In this document: positions 1 through 9,864 of the stretch, piece by piece | How positions within the stretch are numbered: position 1 is the first letter of the stretch | Layout of the letters: each line of letters begins with the position of its first letter | NCBI GenBank assembly: GCA_029257185.1 | Contig: JARICT010000082.1 | Coordinates: 9,100-73,099 of the forward strand | Reading direction: 5' to 3' | Source of the DNA: Quadrisphaera sp. | GTDB taxonomy: Bacteria; Actinomycetota; Actinomycetes; Actinomycetales; Quadrisphaeraceae | Length of the DNA: 64,000 nt | Translations under genes and position numbers: made by a program | The notes under the pieces: model-generated | Databases searched by the model: none | What the model was told of the DNA's origin: nothing | What the model saw: the letters and a program-made list of their open reading frames with translations, nothing else

Positions 1-83
1 CGTGGGCTGAGAGCCGGGGGGTGCCCTCGAGCGGCGCCACCGCTCGCGCAGCGCCGCTGCGGACCGGCCTAGAGTTGACGCCC

Positions 84-347
84 GTGAAGACCTTCGACGA
101 GCTGTTCGCCGAGCTGAGCGAGAAGGCCGTGAGCCGGCCCCCCGGCTCGGGGACCGTCGCGGCGCTGGACGCCGGCGTCCACTCCATCGGCAAGAAGGTG
201 GTCGAGGAGGCCGCGGAGGCCTGGATGGCCGCCGAGCACGAGGGCCGCGAGCGCACCGCGGAGGAGATCTCGCAGCTGCTCTACCACGCGGCGGTGCTCA
301 TGATCGCCAGCGGCCTCGAGCTGCGCGACGTCTACGCGCACCTGTGA
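84..347 (+). CDS. hisE: phosphoribosyl-ATP pyrophosphatase
   Basis: [15 protein letters not shown]...[14 protein letters not shown]...[12 protein letters not shown] is a typical HisE (MazG-like) sequence. I chose the GTG at 84 over the upstream start at 21 because homologs begin at the KTFDELF region. The stop overlaps the hisG start (GTGA at 344-347). Confidence 0.85.
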   Translation: MKTFDELFAELSEKAVSRPPGSGTVAALDAGVHSIGKKVVEEAAEAWMAAEHEGRERTAEEISQLLYHAAVLMIASGLELRDVYAHL

Positions 348-1210
348 GCGGGCCCCTGCTCAAGGTCGCGGTCCCCAACAAGGGCTCGCTGTCCGGACCG
401 GCCGAGCAGCTGCTGGGCGAGGCCGGGTACGCCATGCGCCGCGAGGGCCGCGAGCTGGTCCTGGCCGACCCGGACAACGGGGTGGAGCTGTACTTCCTGC
501 GCCCGCGCGACATCGCCCTGTACGTCGGCTCGGGCACGCTGGACGCCGGCATCACCGGTCGCGACCTCCTCGTGGACTCGTCCGTGGACGCGGTCGAGGT
601 GGCCGAGCTGGGGTTCGGCCCGTCGACGTTCTGGTTCGCCGGCCCCCCGGCGGCGTCCGGCGGGCCCGCCAGCGTCGGCGACCTCGCCGGGCTGCGCGTC
701 GCCACGTCCTACCCCGGTCTGGTGGCGCACCACCTCGCGGCCAGCGGCGTCGACGCCGAGGTGGTGCGCCTGGACGGCGCGGTGGAGACCGCCGTGCGCC
801 TCGGCGTGGCCGACGTGGTCGCGGACGTCGTCGAGACGGGCTCCACCCTGCGGGCCGCCGGGCTGGAGGTCTTCGGGGAGCCGATCCTGCGCTCCCAGGC
901 GGTCCTGGTGCGGCGCGGCAGCGCGCCGGCCCCGCCCGGGCTCGCCGTGCTGGTGCGGCGCGTGATGGGCGTGCTGACCGCGCGGCGCTACGTGATGGTC
1001 GACTACGACTGCCCGCGCACCCACCTGGACGAGGCGGTGAGGATCAGCCCCGGCCTGGAGTCGCCCACGATCGCGCCGCTGGCGGACCCGGACTGGGTGG
1101 CCGTGCGGGCGATGGTGGGCATCGCCGGGGTCAACCGGGTGATGGACGAGCTCTACGAGCTGGGCGCCCGGGCGATCCTCGTCACCTCCATCCACGCGTG
1201 CCGCATCTGA
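344..1210 (+). CDS. hisG: ATP phosphoribosyltransferase (long form)
   Basis: [11 protein letters not shown]...[28 protein letters not shown] plus a C-terminal regulatory domain. It is translationally coupled to hisE. Confidence 0.9.
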   Translation: MSGPLLKVAVPNKGSLSGPAEQLLGEAGYAMRREGRELVLADPDNGVELYFLRPRDIALYVGSGTLDAGITGRDLLVDSSVDAVEVAELGFGPSTFWFAGPPAASGGPASVGDLAGLRVATSYPGLVAHHLAASGVDAEVVRLDGAVETAVRLGVADVVADVVETGSTLRAAGLEVFGEPILRSQAVLVRRGSAPAPPGLAVLVRRVMGVLTARRYVMVDYDCPRTHLDEAVRISPGLESPTIAPLADPDWVAVRAMVGIAGVNRVMDELYELGARAILVTSIHACRI

Positions 1211-1653
1211 TGGACGGCGGCGGAGGAGACCCCTACGCCCGGTTCGCGCCCCGGCGCGCGCGCGTGGTCTCCCTCGTGCTCGCCGTGGGGGTGATGGTGA
1301 TGTGCGTCGCGCTGGCGTTCTTCGTCACCGGCGTGGTGCAGTGGTGGGACCGCGCCGGCTTCCTCGTCGTCGGCGCGCTCATCGCGTGGTTCCTGTACCG
1401 CCAGGCCACCGTCCGCGCCGATCCGACCCGAGAGGGGCTGACGGTGCGTAACCTGTTCGACGTCCGCACCGTCCCGTGGGGCGACGTCCTCGAGGTCCGC
1501 TACGGCGGCGGGCGCCCCTGGGCCTCGCTCGAGCTCGAGGACGGCGACACCCTCGGGGTCATGGCCGTCCAGCGCGCCGACGGGGCCACCGCCGAGGCGG
1601 AGGCCTCTCGGCTGGCGGCGCTGGCCGCGGCGCACGGACGCCGGGCGCCCTGA
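1210..1653 (+). CDS. membrane-anchored PH-domain protein (bacterial PH / low-molecular-weight antigen type)
   Basis: Two N-terminal hydrophobic helices are followed by GLTVRNLFDVRTVPWGDVLEVRY...ASLELEDGDTLGVMAVQ, a bacterial PH-domain pattern. The ATG at 1210 overlaps the hisG stop (TGATG). The track start at 1198 is also possible. Confidence 0.6.
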   Translation: MDGGGGDPYARFAPRRARVVSLVLAVGVMVMCVALAFFVTGVVQWWDRAGFLVVGALIAWFLYRQATVRADPTREGLTVRNLFDVRTVPWGDVLEVRYGGGRPWASLELEDGDTLGVMAVQRADGATAEAEASRLAALAAAHGRRAP

Positions 1654-1696
1654 CCTCTTCCCGACGACCCGGGCCACGAGCCCTTGGAGCACCGAC

Positions 1697-3337
1697 ATGC
1701 TGTCCTTCGCCGTCCACGGCGCCTCGATCCTCACGCTGAACCGGTTCCTCGGGACGAGCACCCGGGGGGCGGGCACCGTCCCCGGCCAGGGCGTGCCGAA
1801 CGTGGGGGTCGAGCTCACCGGGGCCCAGACGGCCCTGCTCGCCGCCCAGGTGGGCATCGCGGCGCTCGGCGCCTACCTCGTCGCGATCGTCGTGGGGGTG
1901 GTCCTCAAGCGGGCAGGGCGCCGCTCACCGATGGTCCAGACGATCTCCCACCGGACCCGCCGTCCCTTCCGTGCGCTGCTGGTGCTCGTCGCGATGCGGA
2001 TCGCCATCGCCGCCTCGAAGGGGAACAACACCTGGCTGGAGCCGGTGACGTGGGCGATCGGGACGCTCATCGTGGTCGCCATCGCCTGGCTGCTGGTCGG
2101 CGCCGTGATGGTGGCTGAGGACGAGGTGCTGCGCCGCTACCGCGTGGACGTCGTCGACAACCGCCACGCGCGTCGGGTCCGCACCCAGGCGTCGTTCCTG
2201 CGGCGCCTGGTCGTCGGGATCATCGCGCTCATCGCGGTGGCCGCCGTGCTCCTCACCATCCCCGGCGTCAAGAACGTCGGCACCACGATCCTCGCCTCGG
2301 CGGGGTTCCTCTCGATCGTCGCCGGTCTGGCCGCGCAGTCCGCGCTCGGCAACGTCTTCGCGGGCCTGCAGATCGCCTTCACCGACTCGCTGCGGGTCGA
2401 GGACGTCGTCATCGTCGAGACCCAGTTCGGGCGGGTCGAGGAGATCACCCTCACCTACGTCGTCGTGCGGACGTGGGACGAGCGGCGCCTCGTGCTGCCC
2501 TCGACGTACTTCACCACCACCCCCTTCGAGAACTGGACCCGCAAGGAGAGCGAGCTCACCGGGGCGGTGCTCATCGACGTCGACTGGCGCACCGACTTCG
2601 ACGCCATGCGCGAGGAGCTCCACCGCGTCCTCGAGGAGGACGACCTCTACGACGGGCGGATCGGCGTGCTCCAGGTCACCGACGCGGAGGGCTCCGTCGT
2701 CCAGGTGAGGGCGCTGTGCTCCGCCGCCGACGCCGGATCGGCGTTCGACCTGCGGTGCCACGTCCGCGAGTCGCTCGTCCGGTGGCTGGTGAGCCACCCC
2801 GCCGGCCTCCCGCGCGTGCGCCAGGTCAACACCGAGGAGACCGAGCTGCCCAGCGTCGCCCCCCTCACCTGGACCGAGCAGGTCGCGGGGCCCACCGGCT
2901 GGGAGCTCCCGGAGGCGTCCCCGCAGCGGGACCCCTCGGCGCCGACGCCGGTGGTCAGCGCCACCGGCAAGCGCCTGGCGGTCAAGGGCGACTCGCTGTT
3001 CACCGGCAGCCCCGAGGCCGAGGAGCGGGCGCGCCAGTTCTCCGGCCCGAGCGAGCGCGAGAGCGCGGGGCGAGACGTGCCCGCGGACGAGGTGGTCGAC
3101 GAGGTGGACGCCGTCGGCGTGGCTCAGACGGGCCGCATGAGCGGTGTGGGGACCGCACCGGGCGGCTCACGGCGCGCGTCGGCCCCGCCCACCGTCGCCC
3201 TGCCGACCCTGCGCCGGGACGAGGCGACCGGCAGGTTCGAGGCCCCCCGGACCGATGAGATCGACGGGCGGGACCGAACGGACCGTCTGCCTCGTGACGG
3301 CGGCACCACCGGGAAGCTGGACGCCACCGACAGGTGA
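1697..3337 (+). CDS. mechanosensitive ion channel (MscS family) with long disordered C-terminal tail
   Basis: Multiple TM helices, then the MscS core AGLAAQSALGNVFAGLQIAFTDSLRVEDVVIV...GRVEEITLTYVVVRTWDERRLVLPSTYF. The last ~170 aa are charged low-complexity sequence. The start is uncertain. Confidence 0.85.
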   Translation: MLSFAVHGASILTLNRFLGTSTRGAGTVPGQGVPNVGVELTGAQTALLAAQVGIAALGAYLVAIVVGVVLKRAGRRSPMVQTISHRTRRPFRALLVLVAMRIAIAASKGNNTWLEPVTWAIGTLIVVAIAWLLVGAVMVAEDEVLRRYRVDVVDNRHARRVRTQASFLRRLVVGIIALIAVAAVLLTIPGVKNVGTTILASAGFLSIVAGLAAQSALGNVFAGLQIAFTDSLRVEDVVIVETQFGRVEEITLTYVVVRTWDERRLVLPSTYFTTTPFENWTRKESELTGAVLIDVDWRTDFDAMREELHRVLEEDDLYDGRIGVLQVTDAEGSVVQVRALCSAADAGSAFDLRCHVRESLVRWLVSHPAGLPRVRQVNTEETELPSVAPLTWTEQVAGPTGWELPEASPQRDPSAPTPVVSATGKRLAVKGDSLFTGSPEAEERARQFSGPSERESAGRDVPADEVVDEVDAVGVAQTGRMSGVGTAPGGSRRASAPPTVALPTLRRDEATGRFEAPRTDEIDGRDRTDRLPRDGGTTGKLDATDR

Positions 3338-3458
3338 GCCGCCGGGCGGCGAGCGCACGCTCCCGCCGCTGGAGCCCCTCAGGCGGGCTCGAGGGGGTCG
3401 TGCCCCAGGTCCACGTCCTCCGGCGTCACGTCGGGGCGACGGGTGCGGGAGGGCAGCC

Positions 3459-4076
3459 TCAGGCCAGCTCGACGCGGACGTCGGCGCGCTCCTGCGTGCG
3501 CTCGCGGCCGAGGTGCGCCCGCTCCGCGGCGGCCCAGGTGTCCCAGTGCGGGGCGAAGGTGGCCCCGTCGCGGGCCAGGGCGCGGGCCTGGCGCACCGGT
3601 GCCGGCGCGCTCAGCCACACGAGGGTGGCGGGCACACCACCACGCACCGCAGCCCCGGAGCCCACACCGTCGAGGACCAGCAGGTCCGTGCGCGGCACGA
3701 GCACCCGCCGCCCCGGCCGGTCGGTGCTCCAGCTCCACGCCCGGTAGGAGCCCTGCCGCCCGGCGGCCAGCGGCTCCAGCACCTCGCGGGCGAAGAGCTC
3801 GACCCCCGCGTCCAACCCGTCCCAGCCGCGGTAGAGACCCTCCATGCTCAGCAGGGCGACGTCGGCCCCCTCGGCGACGAGGCGCTCGACCACGGCGGCG
3901 GCCAGGGTGGACTTCCCGGCGCCGCTGCGCCCGTCGACGGCGACCGCGTGCGTCGCCCCGGTCCTCGTCCGGCGGTCGACGTGCTGGAGCACCGCCGCGA
4001 CGGCGTCGGCGAGGTCGAGGCGCGCCGGCGAGCTCCCCGCGGCCGCGGCCTCGTCGCGACGCTGACGCCGGCTCAG
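3459..4076 (-). CDS. P-loop nucleoside/nucleotide kinase-like protein (uridine-kinase-like fold)
   Basis: Walker [19 protein letters not shown] followed by [14 protein letters not shown] and [10 protein letters not shown]. The start is unresolved: CTG at 4076 or GTG at 3992. The rest of the 329-aa track ORF overlaps the HIT gene and I take it as read-through. Confidence 0.5.
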   Translation of the reverse strand: MSRRQRRDEAAAAGSSPARLDLADAVAAVLQHVDRRTRTGATHAVAVDGRSGAGKSTLAAAVVERLVAEGADVALLSMEGLYRGWDGLDAGVELFAREVLEPLAAGRQGSYRAWSWSTDRPGRRVLVPRTDLLVLDGVGSGAAVRGGVPATLVWLSAPAPVRQARALARDGATFAPHWDTWAAAERAHLGRERTQERADVRVELA

Positions 4077-4507
4077 CGCCCGACGACGCGGTCGCCGTGC
4101 CCGGCACGGTGCAGCGCGTCGCGCAGCCTCGCGGCGGCCGCCGCGATCTCCGCGGCCGGCACGCCCTCGCGGGCCGCGTCGAGACGGATCTGCCCCTCGT
4201 CGAAGAGGGGCAGCACGTGCAGGTGCAGGTGGGGCACCTCGAACCCGGCCACCACCACGCCCACCCGCGGCGCTCCCCACGCCGCGCGCTGGGCGCGGCC
4301 GACCGCGGCCGCCACGGACGACAGGTGGGCGAGGAGGTCGTCGTCCGCGTCGACGAACTGGTCCACGGGCTCCCGGGGGACCACGAGGGCGTGCCCGTCG
4401 GTCACCGGCTCGATGGTGAGGAACGTCACGGCGCGCTCGTCGGACCACACCGTCTCGCTCGGGACGTCACCGTCGATGATCTTCGAGAAGATCGTGCGCT
4501 CATCCAT
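4073..4507 (-). CDS. HIT-family (histidine triad) nucleotide hydrolase
   Basis: [21 protein letters not shown]...[11 protein letters not shown]...[10 protein letters not shown] contains the HxHxHxx triad motif. The start ATG at 4505-4507 was verified on the minus strand. Confidence 0.85.
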   Translation of the reverse strand: MDERTIFSKIIDGDVPSETVWSDERAVTFLTIEPVTDGHALVVPREPVDQFVDADDDLLAHLSSVAAAVGRAQRAAWGAPRVGVVVAGFEVPHLHLHVLPLFDEGQIRLDAAREGVPAAEIAAAAARLRDALHRAGHGDRVVGR

Positions 4508-4552
4508 GACGGGGAGCCTAGCCAGCGGCAGCACCCTCCTACCCTGGGCGGT

Positions 4553-5326
4553 GTGAGCCTCGCCGTGCGCGTCATCCCCTGCCTGGACGTCGACGAGGGG
4601 CGGGTGGTCAAGGGCGTCAACTTCCGTGACCTGCGCGACGCGGGCGACCCGGTCGAGCTGGCGCGGCGCTACGACGCGCAGGGCGCCGACGAGCTGGTCT
4701 TCCTCGACGTCACCGCCTCGTCGGGGAACCGGGAGACCACCTACGACGTGGTGCGGGCCACCGCGGAGCAGGTCTTCATCCCCCTGACCGTGGGCGGTGG
4801 GGTGCGCACCGTGGCCGACGTCGACGCGCTGCTGCGCGCCGGCGCGGACAAGGTGGGCGTCAACACCGCCGCGATCGCCCGCCCGGGGCTGGTCGCCGAG
4901 ATCGCCGAGCGCTTCGGCAACCAGGTGCTCGTGGTCTCCCTCGACGCCCGGCGCGTCCCCGACGGCGGCGACCCGACGGAGTCCGGCTGGGAGGTCACCA
5001 CCCACGGGGGGCGCCGCGGCACCGGGATCGACGCCGTGGCGTGGGCCGCGGAGGTCGCGTCCCTGGGAGCCGGGGAGATCCTCCTGAACTCCATGGACGC
5101 CGACGGCACGGAGGACGGGTTCGACGTCGCGATGATCGCGGCGGTGCGCTCGGCGGTGACGGTCCCGGTGATCGCCTCGGGCGGCGCCGGGGCGCGCGAG
5201 CACTTCCCGCCGGCGGTCGGGGCCGGGGCGGACGCGGTGCTGGCCGCGTCCGTCTTCCACTTCGGTGCGCTGACGGTCGGTGACGTCAAGGGGGCGCTGG
5301 CCGGCGCCGGCCACCCCGTGCGCTGA
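4553..5326 (+). CDS. hisF: imidazole glycerol phosphate synthase cyclase subunit
   Basis: [52 protein letters not shown]...[15 protein letters not shown]...IASGGAG is a canonical HisF sequence. A GTG start at 4553 lies inside a longer spurious ORF. Confidence 0.95.
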   Translation: MSLAVRVIPCLDVDEGRVVKGVNFRDLRDAGDPVELARRYDAQGADELVFLDVTASSGNRETTYDVVRATAEQVFIPLTVGGGVRTVADVDALLRAGADKVGVNTAAIARPGLVAEIAERFGNQVLVVSLDARRVPDGGDPTESGWEVTTHGGRRGTGIDAVAWAAEVASLGAGEILLNSMDADGTEDGFDVAMIAAVRSAVTVPVIASGGAGAREHFPPAVGAGADAVLAASVFHFGALTVGDVKGALAGAGHPVR

Positions 5327-5362
5327 GCCGGCGGCTCCGCGGCCGGCCGCGGTCCTGCCTCC

Positions 5363-6022
5363 TCAGCCCTGCTGGTCCGAGGGGTAGGCGTCCTCGAAGG
5401 CCGCGACGGCGTCGCGATCGCCCAGCACCTCCACCGCGGCCTGCGGCCGGCGACCGAAGGCGTGGAGCAGCAGCTCCTCGGGCTGACCGCGCAGCGTCAC
5501 GGACCGGGCGCCCTGGCGCACGACGGCCGAGGGGCCCGAGGGGACCTGGCGCACCACCCCGACGGTGGACTTGCCGTAGCGCATCGGGAAGACCTTGAGC
5601 GTGCGCCACAGCCGCTCGCGCTGGTCGCTGCTGACCTCCGGCAGGTCCCCGCGCGAGAAACCGGGCTGGGCGCGCAGGACGTCCTGGGTGTGCACGTAGA
5701 ACTCCGCGCCGTTGAACTGGCGCTCGACCGCGGGCACCCGCGTCGGTGACCACGGCGGGGGGCCGCCGCGCACCTCGTCGACGAGCTCGTCCCACGGCAT
5801 CTGCTCCAGGCGCTCACGGACGGCGGCGGCGGGCCTCCCGGCCGCCGGGACGGCCTTGCCGGCGAGCTCGCCGAGCAGGACGTCGGGCCGGCCGTCCCGC
5901 AGCACGAGGTGGATCGCCAGGTCGCGCGCGTCCCACCCCTCGCAGAGCGTCGGTGCGTCGGGGGAGACGGCGGCGAGCGCGTCGGCCATCTCGGCGCGGT
6001 CGGGTCCAGGGGTTCTCGACAT
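5363..6022 (-). CDS. TIGR03085-type actinobacterial protein (DinB / mycothiol maleylpyruvate isomerase N-terminal-like)
   Basis: PTLCEGWDARDLAIHLVLRD...FNGAEFYVHTQDV is the pattern I associate with this actinobacteria-restricted family. The ATG at 6020-6022 was verified. Confidence 0.6.
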   Translation of the reverse strand: MSRTPGPDRAEMADALAAVSPDAPTLCEGWDARDLAIHLVLRDGRPDVLLGELAGKAVPAAGRPAAAVRERLEQMPWDELVDEVRGGPPPWSPTRVPAVERQFNGAEFYVHTQDVLRAQPGFSRGDLPEVSSDQRERLWRTLKVFPMRYGKSTVGVVRQVPSGPSAVVRQGARSVTLRGQPEELLLHAFGRRPQAAVEVLGDRDAVAAFEDAYPSDQQG

Positions 6023-6078
6023 GGGCCCATCGTGCTCGCTCGCGGTGCGTGCTCGCACACCGGTGAGACCATGAGGCA

Positions 6079-7953
6079 GTGCCCGAGCAGAGACCTGGAT
6101 CGTTCTCGTCGGCCGCACGCACCATCGCCGGCGGTGTCCGGCACGCCCGGGCCCCCTTCGCGGTCGCCGTCGCGGCGTCGGCCGTGTACGGGCTCGGCAC
6201 GGCCGCCACCGGGTGGTGGGTCGGGCGCACCACCTCCGAGGTCGTGGTCCCCGCGCTGGCCGCCGCCTCGGCGGCCGGGGGCAGAGGGGCGGGCGGTGCG
6301 GGCGCGGCGGCCGCAGCCACCCTGGGCGCCGGCGACGTCTGGCGCGCCGGGGGAGCGCTGGCGCTCATCTTCGCCGTCACCGTCGTCGCGGTGCTCTTCC
6401 GGCGCATCGCCGCGGGCGTCACCATGTTCGGGGTGCAGGCGCACTACCGGCGCGCGGTGACGCGGCGCTACCTGGACCTGCCGCTGGCCTGGCACCGTCA
6501 GCGCTCCACCGGGCAGCTGCTGAACCACGCGAGCTCGGACGTCGACACCACCTGGCAGGTGCTCGCGCCGCTGCCGATGGCCATCGGCACCGTCGTCATG
6601 CTCCTCGCCTCGGCGTGGTTCATGCTCACCGCCGACCCCGTGCTCGGGGCCGTGGCCCTGTCCGTGGTGCCGCTGCTGGTCGCCGGGTCCGTGCTCTACC
6701 GGCGCCGGGTGTCCCCGATCATCGCCCGCTCCCAGGCGATGCGCGGCGAGGTCGCCTCGGTGGCGCACGAGTCCTTCGAGGGCGCGCTGGTGGTCAAGGT
6801 CCTCGGCCGCGCCGACGTCGAGCACGCCCGCTTCGCCGGCTCCGCCCAGCGCCTGCGCGAGGCCAACACCGCGGCCGGGGCCACGCGGGGCGCCTTCGAC
6901 GCCGTCATCGACGCCCTCCCGGCGCTCGGGACCCTGGCGGTCCTCGGGGTGGGCGCCGCACGGATCGCCGCCGGCACCTCCACCGCCGGCGACGTGGTGC
7001 AGGTCGCCTACCTCCTCACGCTGCTGGCCTTCCCGGTGCGCGCCATCGGCTGGGTGCTCTCCGACCTCCCGCGGGTGGTGGTCGGCCACGAGCGCCTGGC
7101 CGGCGTGCTGGACGCGCCGCTGCGACCACAGCCGCCCGCCACCGCGCTGCCCGGGGACGGCGGTCGGGCCGCCGCGGCCGCCTCGGTGCAGTCCGTGACG
7201 GTGCGCCACCCCGCCGCGGACCCAGGGACGCCACCGGCCCTCGACGCGGTGAGCCTCGACGTCGCGGCCGGCACCACCGTGGCCGTGGTCGGCGGCACCG
7301 GGTCGGGGAAGTCCACGCTCGCCGGGCTGCTCCTGCGCCTGGTCGACCCCGTCTCCGGGCGCGTGCTCCTCGACGGTGTGGACCTGGCCGCGCTGCGCGA
7401 CGGACCCCTCGCCGGTGCGGTCGCGCTGGTGCCGCAGCAGGTGTTCGTCTTCGACGACACGGTCCGCGAGAACGTCACGCTCGGCCTCGAGGGGGAGGAC
7501 CGCGTGGGTGACGAGGGGGTGTGGGCCGCGCTGCGCGCCGCGAGCGCCGACTCCTTCGTCGCCGCCCTCCCCCACGGCCTCGACACGCAGGTGGGGGAGC
7601 GGGGCACGTCGCTGTCGGGGGGGCAGCGCCAGCGCCTGGCCATCGCGAGAGCCCTGGTGCGCCGCCCGCGCCTGCTGGTCCTCGACGACGCGACGTCCGC
7701 GCTGGACCCCGCCGTGGAGCGCCAGGTGCTCGACGCGCTGCGCACCTCCTCCGGGGACGCCGCCGCACCCACCGTCGTCGTGGTCGCGTACCGCCCGGCG
7801 ACGATCGCGCTCGCCGACGAGGTGGTCCATCTCGAGGGCGGGGCCGTCGTCGACCGGGGCCGGCCCGGCGAGCTGGCCGAGCGGGACCCCGGCTACCGCG
7901 AGCTCGTCACCGCCTACGCCCGCGCCGCCGCGGAGCGGACGGCCGCACGGTGA
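6079..7953 (+). CDS. ABC exporter, fused permease-ATPase, degenerate-site half of a heterodimer
   Basis: Six-TM domain plus an NBD with Walker A GGTGSGKST and signature LSGGQRQR. Walker B reads LLVLDDATS (D in place of the catalytic E) and the H-loop reads VVAYRPAT (Y in place of H). Confidence 0.85.
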   Translation: MPEQRPGSFSSAARTIAGGVRHARAPFAVAVAASAVYGLGTAATGWWVGRTTSEVVVPALAAASAAGGRGAGGAGAAAAATLGAGDVWRAGGALALIFAVTVVAVLFRRIAAGVTMFGVQAHYRRAVTRRYLDLPLAWHRQRSTGQLLNHASSDVDTTWQVLAPLPMAIGTVVMLLASAWFMLTADPVLGAVALSVVPLLVAGSVLYRRRVSPIIARSQAMRGEVASVAHESFEGALVVKVLGRADVEHARFAGSAQRLREANTAAGATRGAFDAVIDALPALGTLAVLGVGAARIAAGTSTAGDVVQVAYLLTLLAFPVRAIGWVLSDLPRVVVGHERLAGVLDAPLRPQPPATALPGDGGRAAAAASVQSVTVRHPAADPGTPPALDAVSLDVAAGTTVAVVGGTGSGKSTLAGLLLRLVDPVSGRVLLDGVDLAALRDGPLAGAVALVPQQVFVFDDTVRENVTLGLEGEDRVGDEGVWAALRAASADSFVAALPHGLDTQVGERGTSLSGGQRQRLAIARALVRRPRLLVLDDATSALDPAVERQVLDALRTSSGDAAAPTVVVVAYRPATIALADEVVHLEGGAVVDRGRPGELAERDPGYRELVTAYARAAAERTAAR

Positions 7954-9857
7954 GCGCGACGACCACCGCGGCTCCCGGCCGCGGCCACGGTGCTGGTCGC
8001 GGCCGCGGCGCTGGCCACGGTGCGGCCGGGCCCCGTCGCCCCGGGCGGCGCTCCACCCTTCGCCGCGCCCTGGAGATCACCCCGGAGATCACCGACGGGC
8101 TGCGGCTGACGCTCACGCTGGCCGCCGTCACCACCCTGGGCAAGGTCGCCGTCCCGCTCGCCGTCCAGCAGACGATCGACCGCGGGGTCAACGCCGCCGG
8201 CGGGCCCGACGTGGCGCGCGTGGTCGTCACCGTCCTGGTGGCCGCGGCCGTCGTGGTCCTCACCGGGCTGCTCAGCTACCGCGTGAACGTCCGGGTCTTC
8301 CGCGCCACCGAGGCCGCGCTGGCGACGCTGCGCACCCGGGCCTTCGACCACGTGCACCGTCTCGCGGTGCTCACCCAGAGCGGTGAGCGGCGCGGGTCGC
8401 TGGTGGCGCGGGTGACGACCGACGTCGACACCATCTCGACGTTCCTGCAGACCGGCGGCCTGGTGCTGCTGCTCTCCCTGGGCCAGCTGGGCGTCGCGGT
8501 CACCGTCATGGTGGTCCTCTCGTGGCAGCTCGCCGCTCTCGTGCTCGCCTGCTACCTCCCGCTGCTCCTGGCGATCGCGCCGCTGCAGCGCCGGGTGGCG
8601 GCGCGCTACGCCGTGGTCCGCACCCGCTACGGCGACGTGCTGGCGCGCGTCTCGGAGGCGGTGGTCGGCGCCGAGACCATCCGCGCCCACGCCGCAGCCC
8701 CGCGGACCTGGCGCCGCCTCGACGCCAGCGTCGAGGCCCACCGGAGGTCCGCGACGCGCGCCCAGGTCGCGACCGCCACCACGTCGGGGGTGGGCCTGGC
8801 GACCAACGGCCTCGTCACCTGCGCCGTGCTCGTCGGTGGCACGCTGCTGGGCCTGGCCGGGGACATCACCCTGGGGCGGCTGCTGGCGTTCCTGTTCATC
8901 ACCAACCTCGTCACCCAACCGGTCCTGGCGCTCACCGAGACCCTCAACGAGCTGCAGAACGCCCTCGCCGGCTGGCGTCGCGTGATCGCCGTCCTCGACA
9001 CGCCCGTCGCGGTCGTCGACCCCGGCGCCGACGGGGTGGACCTGCCGGCGGGCCCGGTGTCGGTGCGGCTGGAGGGGGTGAGCTTCCGCTACCCCAGGGC
9101 AGAGGCCATCCGCGACGCGGGCCAGCGCGGCGGGGACCAGGGCGGTGCTGGCGACCCGGGGCGGGGAGCACCCGCAGTCCTGTCCGACGTGGACCTGTGG
9201 GTGGCGCCCGGGGCGTCGATCGCCGTGGTGGGGGAGACCGGTTCGGGGAAGACCACGCTCACCCGGCTGGTCTGCCGCCTCGTGGACCCCGACGCCGGCC
9301 GCGTCCTGCTCTCGGGGGTGGACGCCCGGGCGCTGCGCGAGGAGAGCCTGCACCGCCGCGTCCAGGTGGTCCCCCAGGAGGGATTCCTCTTCGAGACCAC
9401 GGTGGCGGCAAACCTCACCTTCGGCGCGCCCGGCGCGAGCGACGCGGACGTCGACCGCGCTCTGGCCGAGCTCGGTCTCTCGGGCTGGGCCGCGTCGCTG
9501 CCCGACGGGCTCGACACCGAGGTCGGTCAGCTGGGCGAGCGCCTCTCGGCGGGGGAGCGCCAGCTGGTCGCGCTGGCCCGCGCCCACCTCGCGGGCCCCG
9601 ACCTGCTCGTCCTCGACGAGGCGACGTCGTCGGTGGACCCGGTGACCGAGGTCCGGCTGCAGCGGGCGCTCGCGGGGCTGGTGGACGGGCGCACGTCGGT
9701 GGCCATCGCCCACCGGCTGTCCACGGCGGAGGCCGCCGACACCGTGGTGGTGGTGGAGGGCGGGCGCATCGTCGAGGTCGGGACCGCCGCCGACCTGGCG
9801 CACGCCGGCGGGCCCTACTCCCGGCTCCACGCCGCGTGGACCGCCCAGCACGCCTGA
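7950..9857 (+). CDS. ABC exporter, fused permease-ATPase, consensus-site half of a heterodimer
   Basis: The GTG at 7950 overlaps the upstream stop (GTGA). Walker A is GETGSGKTT, Walker B is LLVLDEATS and the H-loop is IAHRLST. The signature is degenerate (LSAGERQ). Confidence 0.85.
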   Translation: MSATTTAAPGRGHGAGRGRGAGHGAAGPRRPGRRSTLRRALEITPEITDGLRLTLTLAAVTTLGKVAVPLAVQQTIDRGVNAAGGPDVARVVVTVLVAAAVVVLTGLLSYRVNVRVFRATEAALATLRTRAFDHVHRLAVLTQSGERRGSLVARVTTDVDTISTFLQTGGLVLLLSLGQLGVAVTVMVVLSWQLAALVLACYLPLLLAIAPLQRRVAARYAVVRTRYGDVLARVSEAVVGAETIRAHAAAPRTWRRLDASVEAHRRSATRAQVATATTSGVGLATNGLVTCAVLVGGTLLGLAGDITLGRLLAFLFITNLVTQPVLALTETLNELQNALAGWRRVIAVLDTPVAVVDPGADGVDLPAGPVSVRLEGVSFRYPRAEAIRDAGQRGGDQGGAGDPGRGAPAVLSDVDLWVAPGASIAVVGETGSGKTTLTRLVCRLVDPDAGRVLLSGVDARALREESLHRRVQVVPQEGFLFETTVAANLTFGAPGASDADVDRALAELGLSGWAASLPDGLDTEVGQLGERLSAGERQLVALARAHLAGPDLLVLDEATSSVDPVTEVRLQRALAGLVDGRTSVAIAHRLSTAEAADTVVVVEGGRIVEVGTAADLAHAGGPYSRLHAAWTAQHA

Positions 9858-9864
9858 GGCGAGC

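Noticed and set aside
84-5326. hisE-hisG separated from hisF by unrelated genes, as a disrupted his operon.
   Set aside because: Dispersed his genes, with hisEG apart from the main cluster, are normal in Actinomycetota. All three genes are intact.
5497-7830. A 777-aa minus-strand ORF. Similar very long ORFs include 7914-9926 (-), 20594-22282 (-), 36854-39508 (-), 44408-47269 (+), 47298-48830 (-), 52xxx/51690-53891 (+) and 61949-63898 (+).
   Set aside because: They lie antisense or out of frame to genes with unambiguous family signatures. Their translations are Arg/Gly/Pro/Ala-rich with no recognisable motifs. This is the classic stop-codon-poor artefact of very GC-rich DNA.
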